Of a stretch of DNA of 64,000 nt, positions 49,549 to 57,993 are shown piece by piece. The notes under the pieces are model-generated. The model made no database searches, was not told the origin of the DNA, and saw only the letters and a list, made by a program, of their open reading frames with translations. This DNA is from an uncultured virus (IMG/VR IMGVR_UViG_3300013127_000001) (taxonomy: Duplodnaviria; Heunggongvirae; Uroviricota; Caudoviricetes). The first letter of the stretch is position 1. Each line of letters opens with the position of its first letter. A program made the position numbers and the translations under genes. The stretch lies in the IMG/VR virus record IMGVR_UViG_3300013127_000001. The stretch is one strand, 5' to 3'.

Positions 49549-50310
49549 CTACATTCGGATAAAATCACCAGTAGGTCCGTTCCAACCCATGTATCGCCAG
49601 TGAGTACGCACAATCAATGTACTAGCTATTTCACGTGCCAGCATGTTTTCAATGTCGTAGTACTTGTATTCAGGCTGCTGCAAGTCTACAAGAATTCGCT
49701 TGATTCTTGTAAAGTGTGCCTCGGTTTGCTGTTTACCCCAACCATAAATAACCGTAGGTAGCACAATACGTGGGCTATCTGGATGAGCCGCTGGATTTCT
49801 AGCTAAAGACCAGTCAATACCAGCTGCATCAATCCAGGGCCGAATATCAGTAGACTGTTGCTTTGGAAAGTAATAGCAACCTTTTGGTAGCGTGTTGAGT
49901 TGGTCTTCGTTTAGACCTTCAAACATGTACCTGCTTGAAACTTTAATAACGTGATCTGCTTCACGAACCAAGTCGTTACAAACAAAATCGCACGCAATTA
50001 AAAGGTGGCATTCACCTATGCTCTTGTTTCCGCAGCTGCGAATTTGCAAAGCAATCGCAGGATCAAAAGACTCAACGTGAATGTAAGTCAGTTCAGGAAA
50101 GGCATTGCCGAACCATTCACCGTAGTTCGGTCTAGAAGCGTCACAAAGCACGACGCGAGCATTAGGCAGCTGAAGTTGAATAGAGTGCAGCGTTGCTACC
50201 GTTTGAATCAGACGTTCAGAAGCAACAAAGACGCTACGAATACTTCCGTTTTCTGTCCGAACACCATGTTCGGGCATAATCACGGATGTGATCAGAACAA
50301 CAGTTTCCAC
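49549..50310 (-). CDS. Glycosyltransferase-like hypothetical protein
   Basis: VLITSVI...ERLIQT..TLHSI, NKSIGE, KVSSRY, DIE; inside the sugar island. Confidence 0.5.
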   Translation of the reverse strand: METVVLITSVIMPEHGVRTENGSIRSVFVASERLIQTVATLHSIQLQLPNARVVLCDASRPNYGEWFGNAFPELTYIHVESFDPAIALQIRSCGNKSIGECHLLIACDFVCNDLVREADHVIKVSSRYMFEGLNEDQLNTLPKGCYYFPKQQSTDIRPWIDAAGIDWSLARNPAAHPDSPRIVLPTVIYGWGKQQTEAHFTRIKRILVDLQQPEYKYYDIENMLAREIASTLIVRTHWRYMGWNGPTGDFIRM

Positions 50311-50328
50311 GTGTATTTCCTGATAGCT

Positions 50329-50360
50329 AAAAAAAAAAGCGGACTGTTTTACCAGCCCGC
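50329..50360 (-). terminator. Intrinsic terminator
   Basis: GCGGGCTG-gtaaaa-CAGTCCGC followed by T10. Confidence 0.85.
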
Positions 50361-50382
50361 CATTATAGCAATCAGAAAACCT

Positions 50383-50586
50383 TCAAGAAGCATCTTTTGG
50401 TTTCCCAAAAAACGCTTCTGTCACATAACTCAATCCCATGACTGCACCAAACGTAACACCAAAAGTCATCACTAGCTGTACCGCGGTCTTTTCGCCAATT
50501 AGGCCCCAAATACCAAGCACAGCCATAACAGCAGCAAGTAGCACAAGTAACGCTAACATGCTGCCAAAAACTTTACGGTAGATCAC
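50383..50586 (-). CDS. Small two-TM membrane protein
   Basis: Two hydrophobic helices; GTGA overlap with upstream stop. Confidence 0.65.
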   Translation of the reverse strand: MIYRKVFGSMLALLVLLAAVMAVLGIWGLIGEKTAVQLVMTFGVTFGAVMGLSYVTEAFFGKPKDAS

Positions 50587-51311
50587 TGTGCCCTTCCTAG
50601 TAAACTTCTTCCAGTTGGTGAGTTTTGAAATGTGTTTCTTGCTTGTCCGAAAGCGTTACCAGTAGCAGTACCGATGTCAGTCATACCTTGCTGAACATCT
50701 CTTGCCGTGCTCCGAACGTCTCTTGCCGCGTTGTTGACCATGTTTCTTGCTTGCCCGTAACCGGTACCAACAGTATCCCCTAGGCCAGCCATAGTGTTGT
50801 TCACACCCTGCACGCCTTGCTGAATAGCGTTGCCTACGCCCTGCACACCTTGCTGGATACCTTTTCCTGTGGCTGAATTGCTAAACGAATTATAGGCCGA
50901 ATTAGCAGCGCCACCGAGATCAGACATGACTTGACCCGCGCCTTGTCGTAAATTTTTCATCATCGGATTAATTGCGTTTCTCGCGTGTCCATAAGCAGTA
51001 CCAATGGCGTCACCTACGTAACCTGCACCGTCTTCTAGCTTCTTAGCTAGATAGCTAAGAAAAGCTCGCTTCTCAAAAGCATACTGCGAAAGTAACGCAG
51101 CATATTTGATTCGTACATCTCGACTCGCATTTACTGCTGCTGCCTTTTGCAAACCTGCAAAATTGTAGGTAGCTAATTCTTGTCGCAGCACATACATGTT
51201 TAGTGCATGTCTGGCCAGTTTGATCCTCAAATTTCTCTCAGCACTTTCCTTGTAGAATTGCTTTTCAAGCAAAACACGGATCTGTACTTGTTTTTCTGTG
51301 CCGTTATTCAT
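50583..51311 (-). CDS. K-x-A protein with Gly/Asn/Gln amphipathic repeats
   Basis: LQKAA, RIKYA, FEKRA|F, then IQQGVQGVGNA-type repeats. Confidence 0.7.
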   Translation of the reverse strand: MNNGTEKQVQIRVLLEKQFYKESAERNLRIKLARHALNMYVLRQELATYNFAGLQKAAAVNASRDVRIKYAALLSQYAFEKRAFLSYLAKKLEDGAGYVGDAIGTAYGHARNAINPMMKNLRQGAGQVMSDLGGAANSAYNSFSNSATGKGIQQGVQGVGNAIQQGVQGVNNTMAGLGDTVGTGYGQARNMVNNAARDVRSTARDVQQGMTDIGTATGNAFGQARNTFQNSPTGRSLLGRAQ

Positions 51312-51339
51312 AATACGTCCTTGTTGGTTGCAAACCAAA

Positions 51340-52809
51340 TTACTGAAGAAGGTTTTCGACAAAATTACCAATCATCCGACAACGATCTGGCGCATTAGCA
51401 AAATGCACAATCCAGGCATCGGATAACCCAGCTTCAAATGCTCCTGGATTGTGTAAATTGAACCACCATTGCCAGTTTGCACGTGAATCTAAGTAACCAA
51501 GCGTTAATCCTGATTTTACTGCATCCTGTATGCGATATTCTAGCCAAATTTGTTCAGAACAGTGAGATGTTCCAATATTTACAGTTGGCCGATCCCAAAT
51601 ATGTCTCGCGCTGTGCCTTGTGAGTACAATTCCGGAATTTAAGCAAGTTTCTGGGTTTGGCAGCTGCACCTGTGCTAGTTTGGAGACCGTATTGCGTTCT
51701 TCGACTAACCAGCGTTTATCTGCTAGTTTTGACCAGTCGTTATGGCAAACAATGTCTTCTGTGTGTAGTTCAAAGAGGTTAGGACAATGCTCCATAATTA
51801 CCGCATCAGCATCTACAAACAAAACTTCTTCGTATTGCTCGGCAAAATGCCGAACACGAAACTTTTCCATTGGGCCCCAAGCTTCTGTGCTGTTATCTAA
51901 GTCAATAAAATCCGCATTTACGCGTTCGCAGTACGCCTGCATAAATGGTCGAGTAAGTAAAAACATACCTTGGTAATTAGGGCCTGTAGCTACAGTTACT
52001 ACTGCGCGATTACGACCCGACTTAGGTCGTTTGTTTCCCCAAACAAAGTAAGCTCTTATCATCGCTAGCTTAGCTGGACTTAGTTTCGTAAGCTCTTCAA
52101 AATTAGCAGCTAACTGGTGCTCACAATACACACCCCAGTCTGCCAAAACTTTTTTCTTGGCTTTTGAAAAGAATTCCATGTCGAAACCCCAAGGCCACAT
52201 AGGGTCTTTTGTTGGTCTGTTTTCCCAAGTAATTTCAGCTTCTTGATAGTCTTTGACTGAAATCACAAAACAACCAAAACCTGTTCCAGCAACTTCTTCA
52301 ACTCCAACACCTGCTTTATCTGAAACCGTTTCATGCAGATCTCGCCAAAGTATCCACTTGTTTGATTTACGTACGTTGTAAACGCCAGACACAACAAGCA
52401 CATCTTTAGATAATGACGCTACAAGCTTTTTGTAAGCGTTCAAAGGTGGGACAACGTCGTCTTCCACAACAAACAGCACTTCACCTTCAAGTACTGTTTT
52501 GGCGTGGTTGTAAATAGCAATCATGACTTGATTGACTTCTTCAAAGTTGTGTAACCGATGTCGGTCGGCTAACGACTTTTTGTCTGAAAACGTTTGAGCT
52601 TCGTAGACTACGTTAGGATAGTCACAAGCCTTAACCCAGGCCTGAATCAGTTCTCCAAACTCAGATGAGCCACTAGTATCAAGCAAATAAAGTTTGCAAT
52701 TAGCTTTGTCGATGTCTTGCTGATTTAAGAAGTTAGCAAGCGAAGCCCAGCAACTAGTACGACCAGACAGCGGTATAAACAAAGTCACATCAATTGCACC
52801 ATCGCTCAC
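51340..52809 (-). CDS. Two-domain glycosyltransferase (two GT-A domains)
   Basis: FVVEDDVVPP, GTGFGC, GFD; second domain VLFVDAD, LNSGIV, EQ, IVHFA. Confidence 0.75.
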   Translation of the reverse strand: MSDGAIDVTLFIPLSGRTSCWASLANFLNQQDIDKANCKLYLLDTSGSSEFGELIQAWVKACDYPNVVYEAQTFSDKKSLADRHRLHNFEEVNQVMIAIYNHAKTVLEGEVLFVVEDDVVPPLNAYKKLVASLSKDVLVVSGVYNVRKSNKWILWRDLHETVSDKAGVGVEEVAGTGFGCFVISVKDYQEAEITWENRPTKDPMWPWGFDMEFFSKAKKKVLADWGVYCEHQLAANFEELTKLSPAKLAMIRAYFVWGNKRPKSGRNRAVVTVATGPNYQGMFLLTRPFMQAYCERVNADFIDLDNSTEAWGPMEKFRVRHFAEQYEEVLFVDADAVIMEHCPNLFELHTEDIVCHNDWSKLADKRWLVEERNTVSKLAQVQLPNPETCLNSGIVLTRHSARHIWDRPTVNIGTSHCSEQIWLEYRIQDAVKSGLTLGYLDSRANWQWWFNLHNPGAFEAGLSDAWIVHFANAPDRCRMIGNFVENLLQ

Positions 52810-52832
52810 TTTAAGTACCCTTAAACAACGTC

Positions 52833-52898
52833 AAAAGAAAAACAGTAGGCCCGAGAGACTTAACTCGAATCGAGACTTTAACTCTCGAGCCTACTGTT
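52833..52898 (-). terminator. Long hairpin terminator
   Basis: 17-bp stem AACAGTAGGCTCGAGAG/CTCTCGGGCCTACTGTT followed by TTTCTTTT. Confidence 0.75.
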
Positions 52899-52931
52899 CA
52901 ATTTACAACTAGCAACGCAACTTGCGATTGA

Positions 52932-53465
52932 CTAGCCTTCTGAGTCCGTCTCGGTTTCTTCACCGACAATTGACAGCCCGATTTCACCAGGAGCAGGAGG
53001 CGCAACAACATCCTTGAGTTCAAACGCTGCCAAGCTAGGCTCAGAGCGATTGCCTGCGTCATCAATGTCAACCAAGGCTACCGAAATTTCGGAATCTTGA
53101 TCTCCCTTGAGAGTCTCGGACGATGTCGCGTCAGCCGAAAGCTCAATGACATCTTGGCTACCGTCGCCAAAGTTAACCGTTAGTTCGCGACGAACAACGT
53201 CCGGCGCGGACTTGGGTGGGAGTACCACCTGAAAAAGAATTTTGTCTGCCATAGGATCTTCTCCTGTAATTGAGATACGCAACAAACCGGGGTTACTGCA
53301 TCGCAACAAAATGTCACGAAGCACTGCATCAATTGTGTCAAAACGTAGTAGTAACTCACGCTTTGACGAGTCTTGGTTAGCAAGAATTTTTTCTTGGTTT
53401 GCCAAGATCTGGTTAAGCTTTCGCTGATTAAAAAACTCCCACATAACGGCTTTCCTTATGGTCAT
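52932..53465 (-). CDS. Hypothetical protein, beta-rich C-terminal part; strong internal start at 53252
   Basis: VDIDDAGNRSEP FN3-like end; AGGAG RBS before MADKILF. Confidence 0.55.
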   Translation of the reverse strand: MTIRKAVMWEFFNQRKLNQILANQEKILANQDSSKRELLLRFDTIDAVLRDILLRCSNPGLLRISITGEDPMADKILFQVVLPPKSAPDVVRRELTVNFGDGSQDVIELSADATSSETLKGDQDSEISVALVDIDDAGNRSEPSLAAFELKDVVAPPAPGEIGLSIVGEETETDSEG

Positions 53466-53654
53466 AATTTAACCGCGAATCGCGGTCGCTCCCAGCAAGT
53501 ATACTTGTATCTTCCGGGAACGAGCCCGACCGAGATACAGATCACCTGCCTTTCTGGGTTGATGTTTCCATAGCAATTCTCCTCCGTCCGTGAAGAGGCT
53601 ACGACTGCCGAATTAACAGCATCATCTAATATAGCAGGACATACCAAAACAAGT

Positions 53655-55280
53655 CTAGTCTGGCTGTCTCGTACATGCTCGTGAAAAAGCAAGCTGCATT
53701 GACTCGTTTCTCAGCTTTCCGCGTTCAAGTACTACATTTTCTGCTTCAAAATTCCCTGTTGGATAATGTAACACTTCGCCAACTAGTTTTGTTAGATTTC
53801 CGCTAATTTTCAAATGACTACTAAACGGAGTGCGATCGTGACCCAATCGCCACAAGAGTTCAAGCTTAGTGTTAGCGCCAAATGGCAAACTCTCATCAAA
53901 CCGCAAATCGCTATCGTCTCGAAAGATTAATTGCGGTTCACTACATTCAGCCGCACCTAAGCGACGAAAAGGAATACTCAAATAACGGTACTCATCGCGT
54001 TGAATCTCTTCCAAGATAGGTTGAATTCCTTGCAGCTCAAAAAAACAGTCTCCATCTAATACGGCTGTATACCTTGTAAGTTTTGAACCTATCTCAATCG
54101 CCACATTTCTTGCTTTGTTTATACCAATACCATGTACTTTGAAATCTTCCAGTGTAGTAGGACAAACTGCGGGAAAAGGAATCTCTACGTAAGGAGCGTT
54201 GTACTGATTCAAAAGCTTACGAATTCTCGTCGAGTACTCGACATCAAAAATGCGGTTAAGAATGTAAAACTTGAATACGCCTGGAAAGTCTGGTTCGGTT
54301 TTCAGGACAGACTGTAAAAACTCTTCTCGTTTACCAAGGATATCTCGCGGAGGATTTTCGTTACCAATAATGCGTATCAGCGTCAGTATGTTTTTTACTA
54401 CGCCTTTTCCTTTTGCTGTCTCAGCGGTGGCTTGAAATGGTTTTGACTGAGGTTGAGTAGAAACTGTTAAAGGTACTGGTTTTGCGGATAAAGTAGGCTC
54501 TCGCAGTTTGTTTTTTACTGCTCTTGTTGTTGCAGTTTCTTCGCATCGACCAACCCAAGGTGGTTCTATCAACTGCCTTTCAAGCTCTGTCTTAACGTAT
54601 TGAAATAAATGTGCGTTTTCTGCTGGATCCCGCCAACAAGCAAAACCGGCTGTCATCATAAAATAAATCTGCATTCGGTAACTGTTAGGTTGAGGATTAC
54701 GCCAGCCTGTATCGCCGTGAACCATTCCTTCCGTGAACATAACCATGTCACCAGGATTCAGAGTAGGTACCACAATAGATGGATGATCAAACTTACTTTG
54801 GTAGATTTGTTCAAACACTTGCAGACCAGACCTAGGCTCTACTGACTTATGACTGCCGGGTACATAACAAAATCCACCTGTACTTGGACTCTGACCCTCT
54901 AAACAAAATCCGAAATTTAAGCGACCGGTAATAACTCTAGAAGATCGCCCACTAGGATTACCGTAAAAGCAAGCGTGCTGGTTAGATTGCGGCCCTCCGT
55001 GTAACTGTGCAATTGTTTTTTCGTTAGACATCAGCCCAAATGCGTGATCAAATCGAAAATGTTCTCCCGCTAAATCATTTGCTAGCTCAAGCAGTACAGG
55101 TTGTGTTAGCATTTCCCAAAAAATGCGCCCTAAGTGCATGACAGGAAATTTCCACGGAACATTGTTTGGCCAGTTGTTGTGGATCAACTTTTTAGCTTCA
55201 TCAATTTGTGCTGCTGTAAGTACCTGCGGAATAATTGCAACACCGGTGCACTCGAAACTGTAAGCATGAACCGGATCCAT
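53655..55280 (-). CDS. PhyH-like Fe(II)/2OG oxygenase fused to a GT-A-like domain
   Basis: QLHGG, GGFCYVPGSHK, PGDMVMFTEGMVHG; C-terminal INKARN, VLDGDC. Confidence 0.75.
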   Translation of the reverse strand: MDPVHAYSFECTGVAIIPQVLTAAQIDEAKKLIHNNWPNNVPWKFPVMHLGRIFWEMLTQPVLLELANDLAGEHFRFDHAFGLMSNEKTIAQLHGGPQSNQHACFYGNPSGRSSRVITGRLNFGFCLEGQSPSTGGFCYVPGSHKSVEPRSGLQVFEQIYQSKFDHPSIVVPTLNPGDMVMFTEGMVHGDTGWRNPQPNSYRMQIYFMMTAGFACWRDPAENAHLFQYVKTELERQLIEPPWVGRCEETATTRAVKNKLREPTLSAKPVPLTVSTQPQSKPFQATAETAKGKGVVKNILTLIRIIGNENPPRDILGKREEFLQSVLKTEPDFPGVFKFYILNRIFDVEYSTRIRKLLNQYNAPYVEIPFPAVCPTTLEDFKVHGIGINKARNVAIEIGSKLTRYTAVLDGDCFFELQGIQPILEEIQRDEYRYLSIPFRRLGAAECSEPQLIFRDDSDLRFDESLPFGANTKLELLWRLGHDRTPFSSHLKISGNLTKLVGEVLHYPTGNFEAENVVLERGKLRNESMQLAFSRACTRQPD

Positions 55281-55304
55281 AACTAACTACTTTCATTATC
55301 TCAA

Positions 55305-55964
55305 CTACGGATAAAGCACACACAAACGATTGCCAACTAAACGACGTTTATGTTGAGAGTACCAGCCAGCTTTAAGTGCAGCTTCAACTCCTTGCTTAAC
55401 GCCTTCAAAAGCCTCAGTGTAATCGTCGAGCACAACAATTGCAGCAGGCCACAATTCCCTGATCGTTTGAAGTCGCACAAGAACAGCGTTGTACTCATGA
55501 TGGTCATCAATCAAGATCAACGTAGGCTGCAACAAAAACTTGTCTTTCAATTCGTACAGTGTTTGACGGCTAATTTGCCCTTGAAACATCCGAATTCGAT
55601 TTTTCCACTGAAACGTATTGTTTTGAAAATGCTGAAGCGCAGTACCTATACCTTGCCAGTAATCTGTTGGTATCTCTTTTTTTGGTATACGCATTCTCGT
55701 TTCGTACGCGTTTATGGGCTCGTAATTTATTTGGTCTCTTGTAAGCGTCCAGTTGTCTACGCAGACTACTTGAAGATCTGAACGACAAAGTAGCGCTGAC
55801 GTAGTGCTTCCTGCGCCGAGAAAAGAGCCGAGCTCCATGTAAACACTACCAGGTTGTAGTCTTCGCAATTCTTCCTGCAAAGCGTGCGAGGCTTCAAGCG
55901 TCCACCAGTAACACGGCGAACGTCCGATAGCGTGTTTGTTTTCCGGATAATAGACCTGCTGCAC
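55305..55964 (-). CDS. Class I SAM methyltransferase (Methyltransf_24-like)
   Basis: MELGSFLGAGS, CVDNW, ILIDDHHEY, VLDDY. Confidence 0.75.
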   Translation of the reverse strand: MQQVYYPENKHAIGRSPCYWWTLEASHALQEELRRLQPGSVYMELGSFLGAGSTTSALLCRSDLQVVCVDNWTLTRDQINYEPINAYETRMRIPKKEIPTDYWQGIGTALQHFQNNTFQWKNRIRMFQGQISRQTLYELKDKFLLQPTLILIDDHHEYNAVLVRLQTIRELWPAAIVVLDDYTEAFEGVKQGVEAALKAGWYSQHKRRLVGNRLCVLYP

Positions 55965-55967
55965 TTA

Positions 55968-56606
55968 TTACTCGCTTTCTGTAAACAAGTTACCTGCCTT
56001 GCATTTCTCAAAATCAGTTTCGTAACCAAACTTCTCAAAGTCATCGCCCCACAAATCCTGCACAAGCTCGAGACAAGCTGGACTTTGCTCGTAAAAGTAA
56101 TCCCAAGTATATCGGTTTGGAGGGCCTGAATTGATTTTTGGAACAAGTACACCCTTAAGCTGCGGTATTTTAGCTAAGTCTTGCTCAAACTTTTCCTGCC
56201 TTACAACAAAATCAACAGGTTTTAGCATTTGCTCAGTATGCCAGGAACAACGCCAGTTTGTGTAAAACGTGTTTTGAAGAAACGGTAACCGCAAAAAACT
56301 CTCGAAGCTAGGCAATCCGTTTTTGTAGGTTTGCCGCCAAGCGTTAGTCAGCCTGTCTACAGGACGGCAAATTGCATGATAGCAACTAAATCTCCAAAGA
56401 CTTACCGCTCGCGAATAGGGATGTCGCACTGTAATAAACAATGTGTAACAACCAAAATGCGCCTGCCAAACTGCATCGTGAGGTGTATCTCCTCTAGAAA
56501 CGCCTCTCGCATTAAACGGCGACTGGACAAGAACTGCCGCCATGCTATTTGAGCCGGTACGCGGTGGATGCAGATAAACAAGTTTAGCGTCGTCACTTAC
56601 GTACAT
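55968..56606 (-). CDS. Sulfotransferase family 2 protein
   Basis: YLHPPRTGSNSM, VRHPYSRAVSLW, DFVVRQE, DFEKFGY. Confidence 0.8.
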   Translation of the reverse strand: MYVSDDAKLVYLHPPRTGSNSMAAVLVQSPFNARGVSRGDTPHDAVWQAHFGCYTLFITVRHPYSRAVSLWRFSCYHAICRPVDRLTNAWRQTYKNGLPSFESFLRLPFLQNTFYTNWRCSWHTEQMLKPVDFVVRQEKFEQDLAKIPQLKGVLVPKINSGPPNRYTWDYFYEQSPACLELVQDLWGDDFEKFGYETDFEKCKAGNLFTESE

Positions 56607-57030
56607 AATTTTCCTCCTGGAAGTACTGTCGTAACAACGTACTTGATACACCTTGTGTATAAGGTACATACAGCAAAGTAATGTTGTTGTCGTCGAGCCA
56701 AGTTTGTGTAAAGTTCATTTGAGCATAGTAGTCTTTAGTTGCCCAGTCTGAACCAATTACAATAAAATCAGGTCGTACAGACAAGATTGTTGGCTTAGAA
56801 TCTTCACCGTCAACATTAGGAATAACGTCATCAACATAGCGACAAGCTCGCAACACAATCTCTCGCTGTTGAAAGTTCCAGATAGGAACTTGTTTCTTAT
56901 ACCGAGCCACAAATTCATCAGTATTCAATGCGACAACGACACGATCGCCTATCTTCTTGCACTGAGCAAGTAGATTAACATGCCCAGGATGAAACAAATC
57001 AAAAGTACCACCGGTGTACACCGTTTTCAT
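56593..57030 (-). CDS. TagD/RfaE-like cytidylyltransferase
   Basis: YTGGTFDLFHPGH, ACRYVDDVI, GSDW, GVSST. Confidence 0.85.
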   Translation of the reverse strand: MKTVYTGGTFDLFHPGHVNLLAQCKKIGDRVVVALNTDEFVARYKKQVPIWNFQQREIVLRACRYVDDVIPNVDGEDSKPTILSVRPDFIVIGSDWATKDYYAQMNFTQTWLDDNNITLLYVPYTQGVSSTLLRQYFQEENYVRK

Positions 57031-57677
57031 AACTCAATATTACCTACCTTGTCTCCGCCGTAATTGCTCTTGAACTTGACTAAATCAATTTGAGACCAGT
57101 ACTCTCGTTTACGTCCTTTTGTTCCTAAAGTAAAGTCGTCTGAAGCTGCGTGATCTAGTACTGGGTGTCCACACAAACCTGCTTTTGCTCCTTTGAAAAA
57201 TTGGCCTTCTTCTCTTACGATTTTGCGCTTTAGTTCAACTAAATTTTGTTCGTATCCACGGTAACTATTGAGTTGTGCTTGTCGTTCAATCAAATGATCT
57301 GTCCGGCACAATCCCATATTGTTTTGCCCGTAAATAACTAACGGCATGAATTCACCGATTTTCAAAAGCAAATCGAGTTTATTACGAAACTCTAAACCAG
57401 CTTCGCAGGTGTCGTGCATAAGAAACCAGTAGCGATCTGGTTCAGGAAAATAATCAAGAATTGCAAGAGGCGCGGTAAACTCAAAAGCGCGAATCGGCAC
57501 ACGATAAGCCTGAATACCGTAATTGGTTATCAAAGGTCCAAATTCAGCTGTTTCATCGCCGACAAAAAACCAAATCAAGTCTGGATCGTAGCCAAGCCGA
57601 AGCAGGCTAGGCACAATTACAGGAAGCGTGTGGCGGTAAAAATCACGATTACTGCTAATTGCAAAATTAACGCTCAT
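57027..57677 (-). CDS. Glycosyltransferase-like hypothetical protein
   Basis: FEFTA, YWFLMHDTC, KFKSN; inside the sugar island. Confidence 0.5.
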   Translation of the reverse strand: MSVNFAISSNRDFYRHTLPVIVPSLLRLGYDPDLIWFFVGDETAEFGPLITNYGIQAYRVPIRAFEFTAPLAILDYFPEPDRYWFLMHDTCEAGLEFRNKLDLLLKIGEFMPLVIYGQNNMGLCRTDHLIERQAQLNSYRGYEQNLVELKRKIVREEGQFFKGAKAGLCGHPVLDHAASDDFTLGTKGRKREYWSQIDLVKFKSNYGGDKVGNIEL

Positions 57678-57699
57678 AGTTACCTTTCTAAGTGTAAGA

Positions 57700-57947
57700 G
57701 GGTGAGCTGGGTAGTTGCACCTGGTGTCGGTCAGTCCAGGACCTTACCTCAGGCGAGACATGTCGTCTGCTTCGACAGAGGCCTCAGGTTCTGCGTGGGG
57801 GAGAAGGAAACTCCGGAGTTCTGAAACTCCCTTTATCCACTGCAACAACTACCCGAAACGTTGATAGCGAGGATTTTCTCCGGCAACGTTCTGACACAAT
57901 CCCTTGCGTCCTACTACTAACGGTGGTTAGGGAAGGCGAGTTCACCC
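57700..57947 (+). ncRNA. Candidate highly structured RNA (~250 nt)
   Basis: Closing helix GGGTGAGCT/AGTTCACCC, nested GGGTAGTTG/CAACTACCC, plus CCTGG/CCAGG, TGTCG/CGACA, GGAGTT/AACTCC, AACGTTG/CAACGTT, CTAAC/GTTAG; G-U pairs favour the plus strand. Confidence 0.55.
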
Positions 57948-57993
57948 ACCTCGCGGTTAATAGCTACTTTTTCACCATGCAGATTGTACCAAA

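Noticed and set aside
53462..53692. 76-aa ORF, and a 9-codon METSTQKGR ORF behind GGAGGAG
   Set aside because: TTG start inside the upstream gene with no support; a leader-peptide role cannot be supported from sequence alone.
57790..57830. GAAGGAAACTCCGG resembling RNase P RNA conserved region I
   Set aside because: No matching 3' ACAnAAnnnnGCUUA region or P2/P4 arrangement; also no tmRNA/tRNA-like CCA end.
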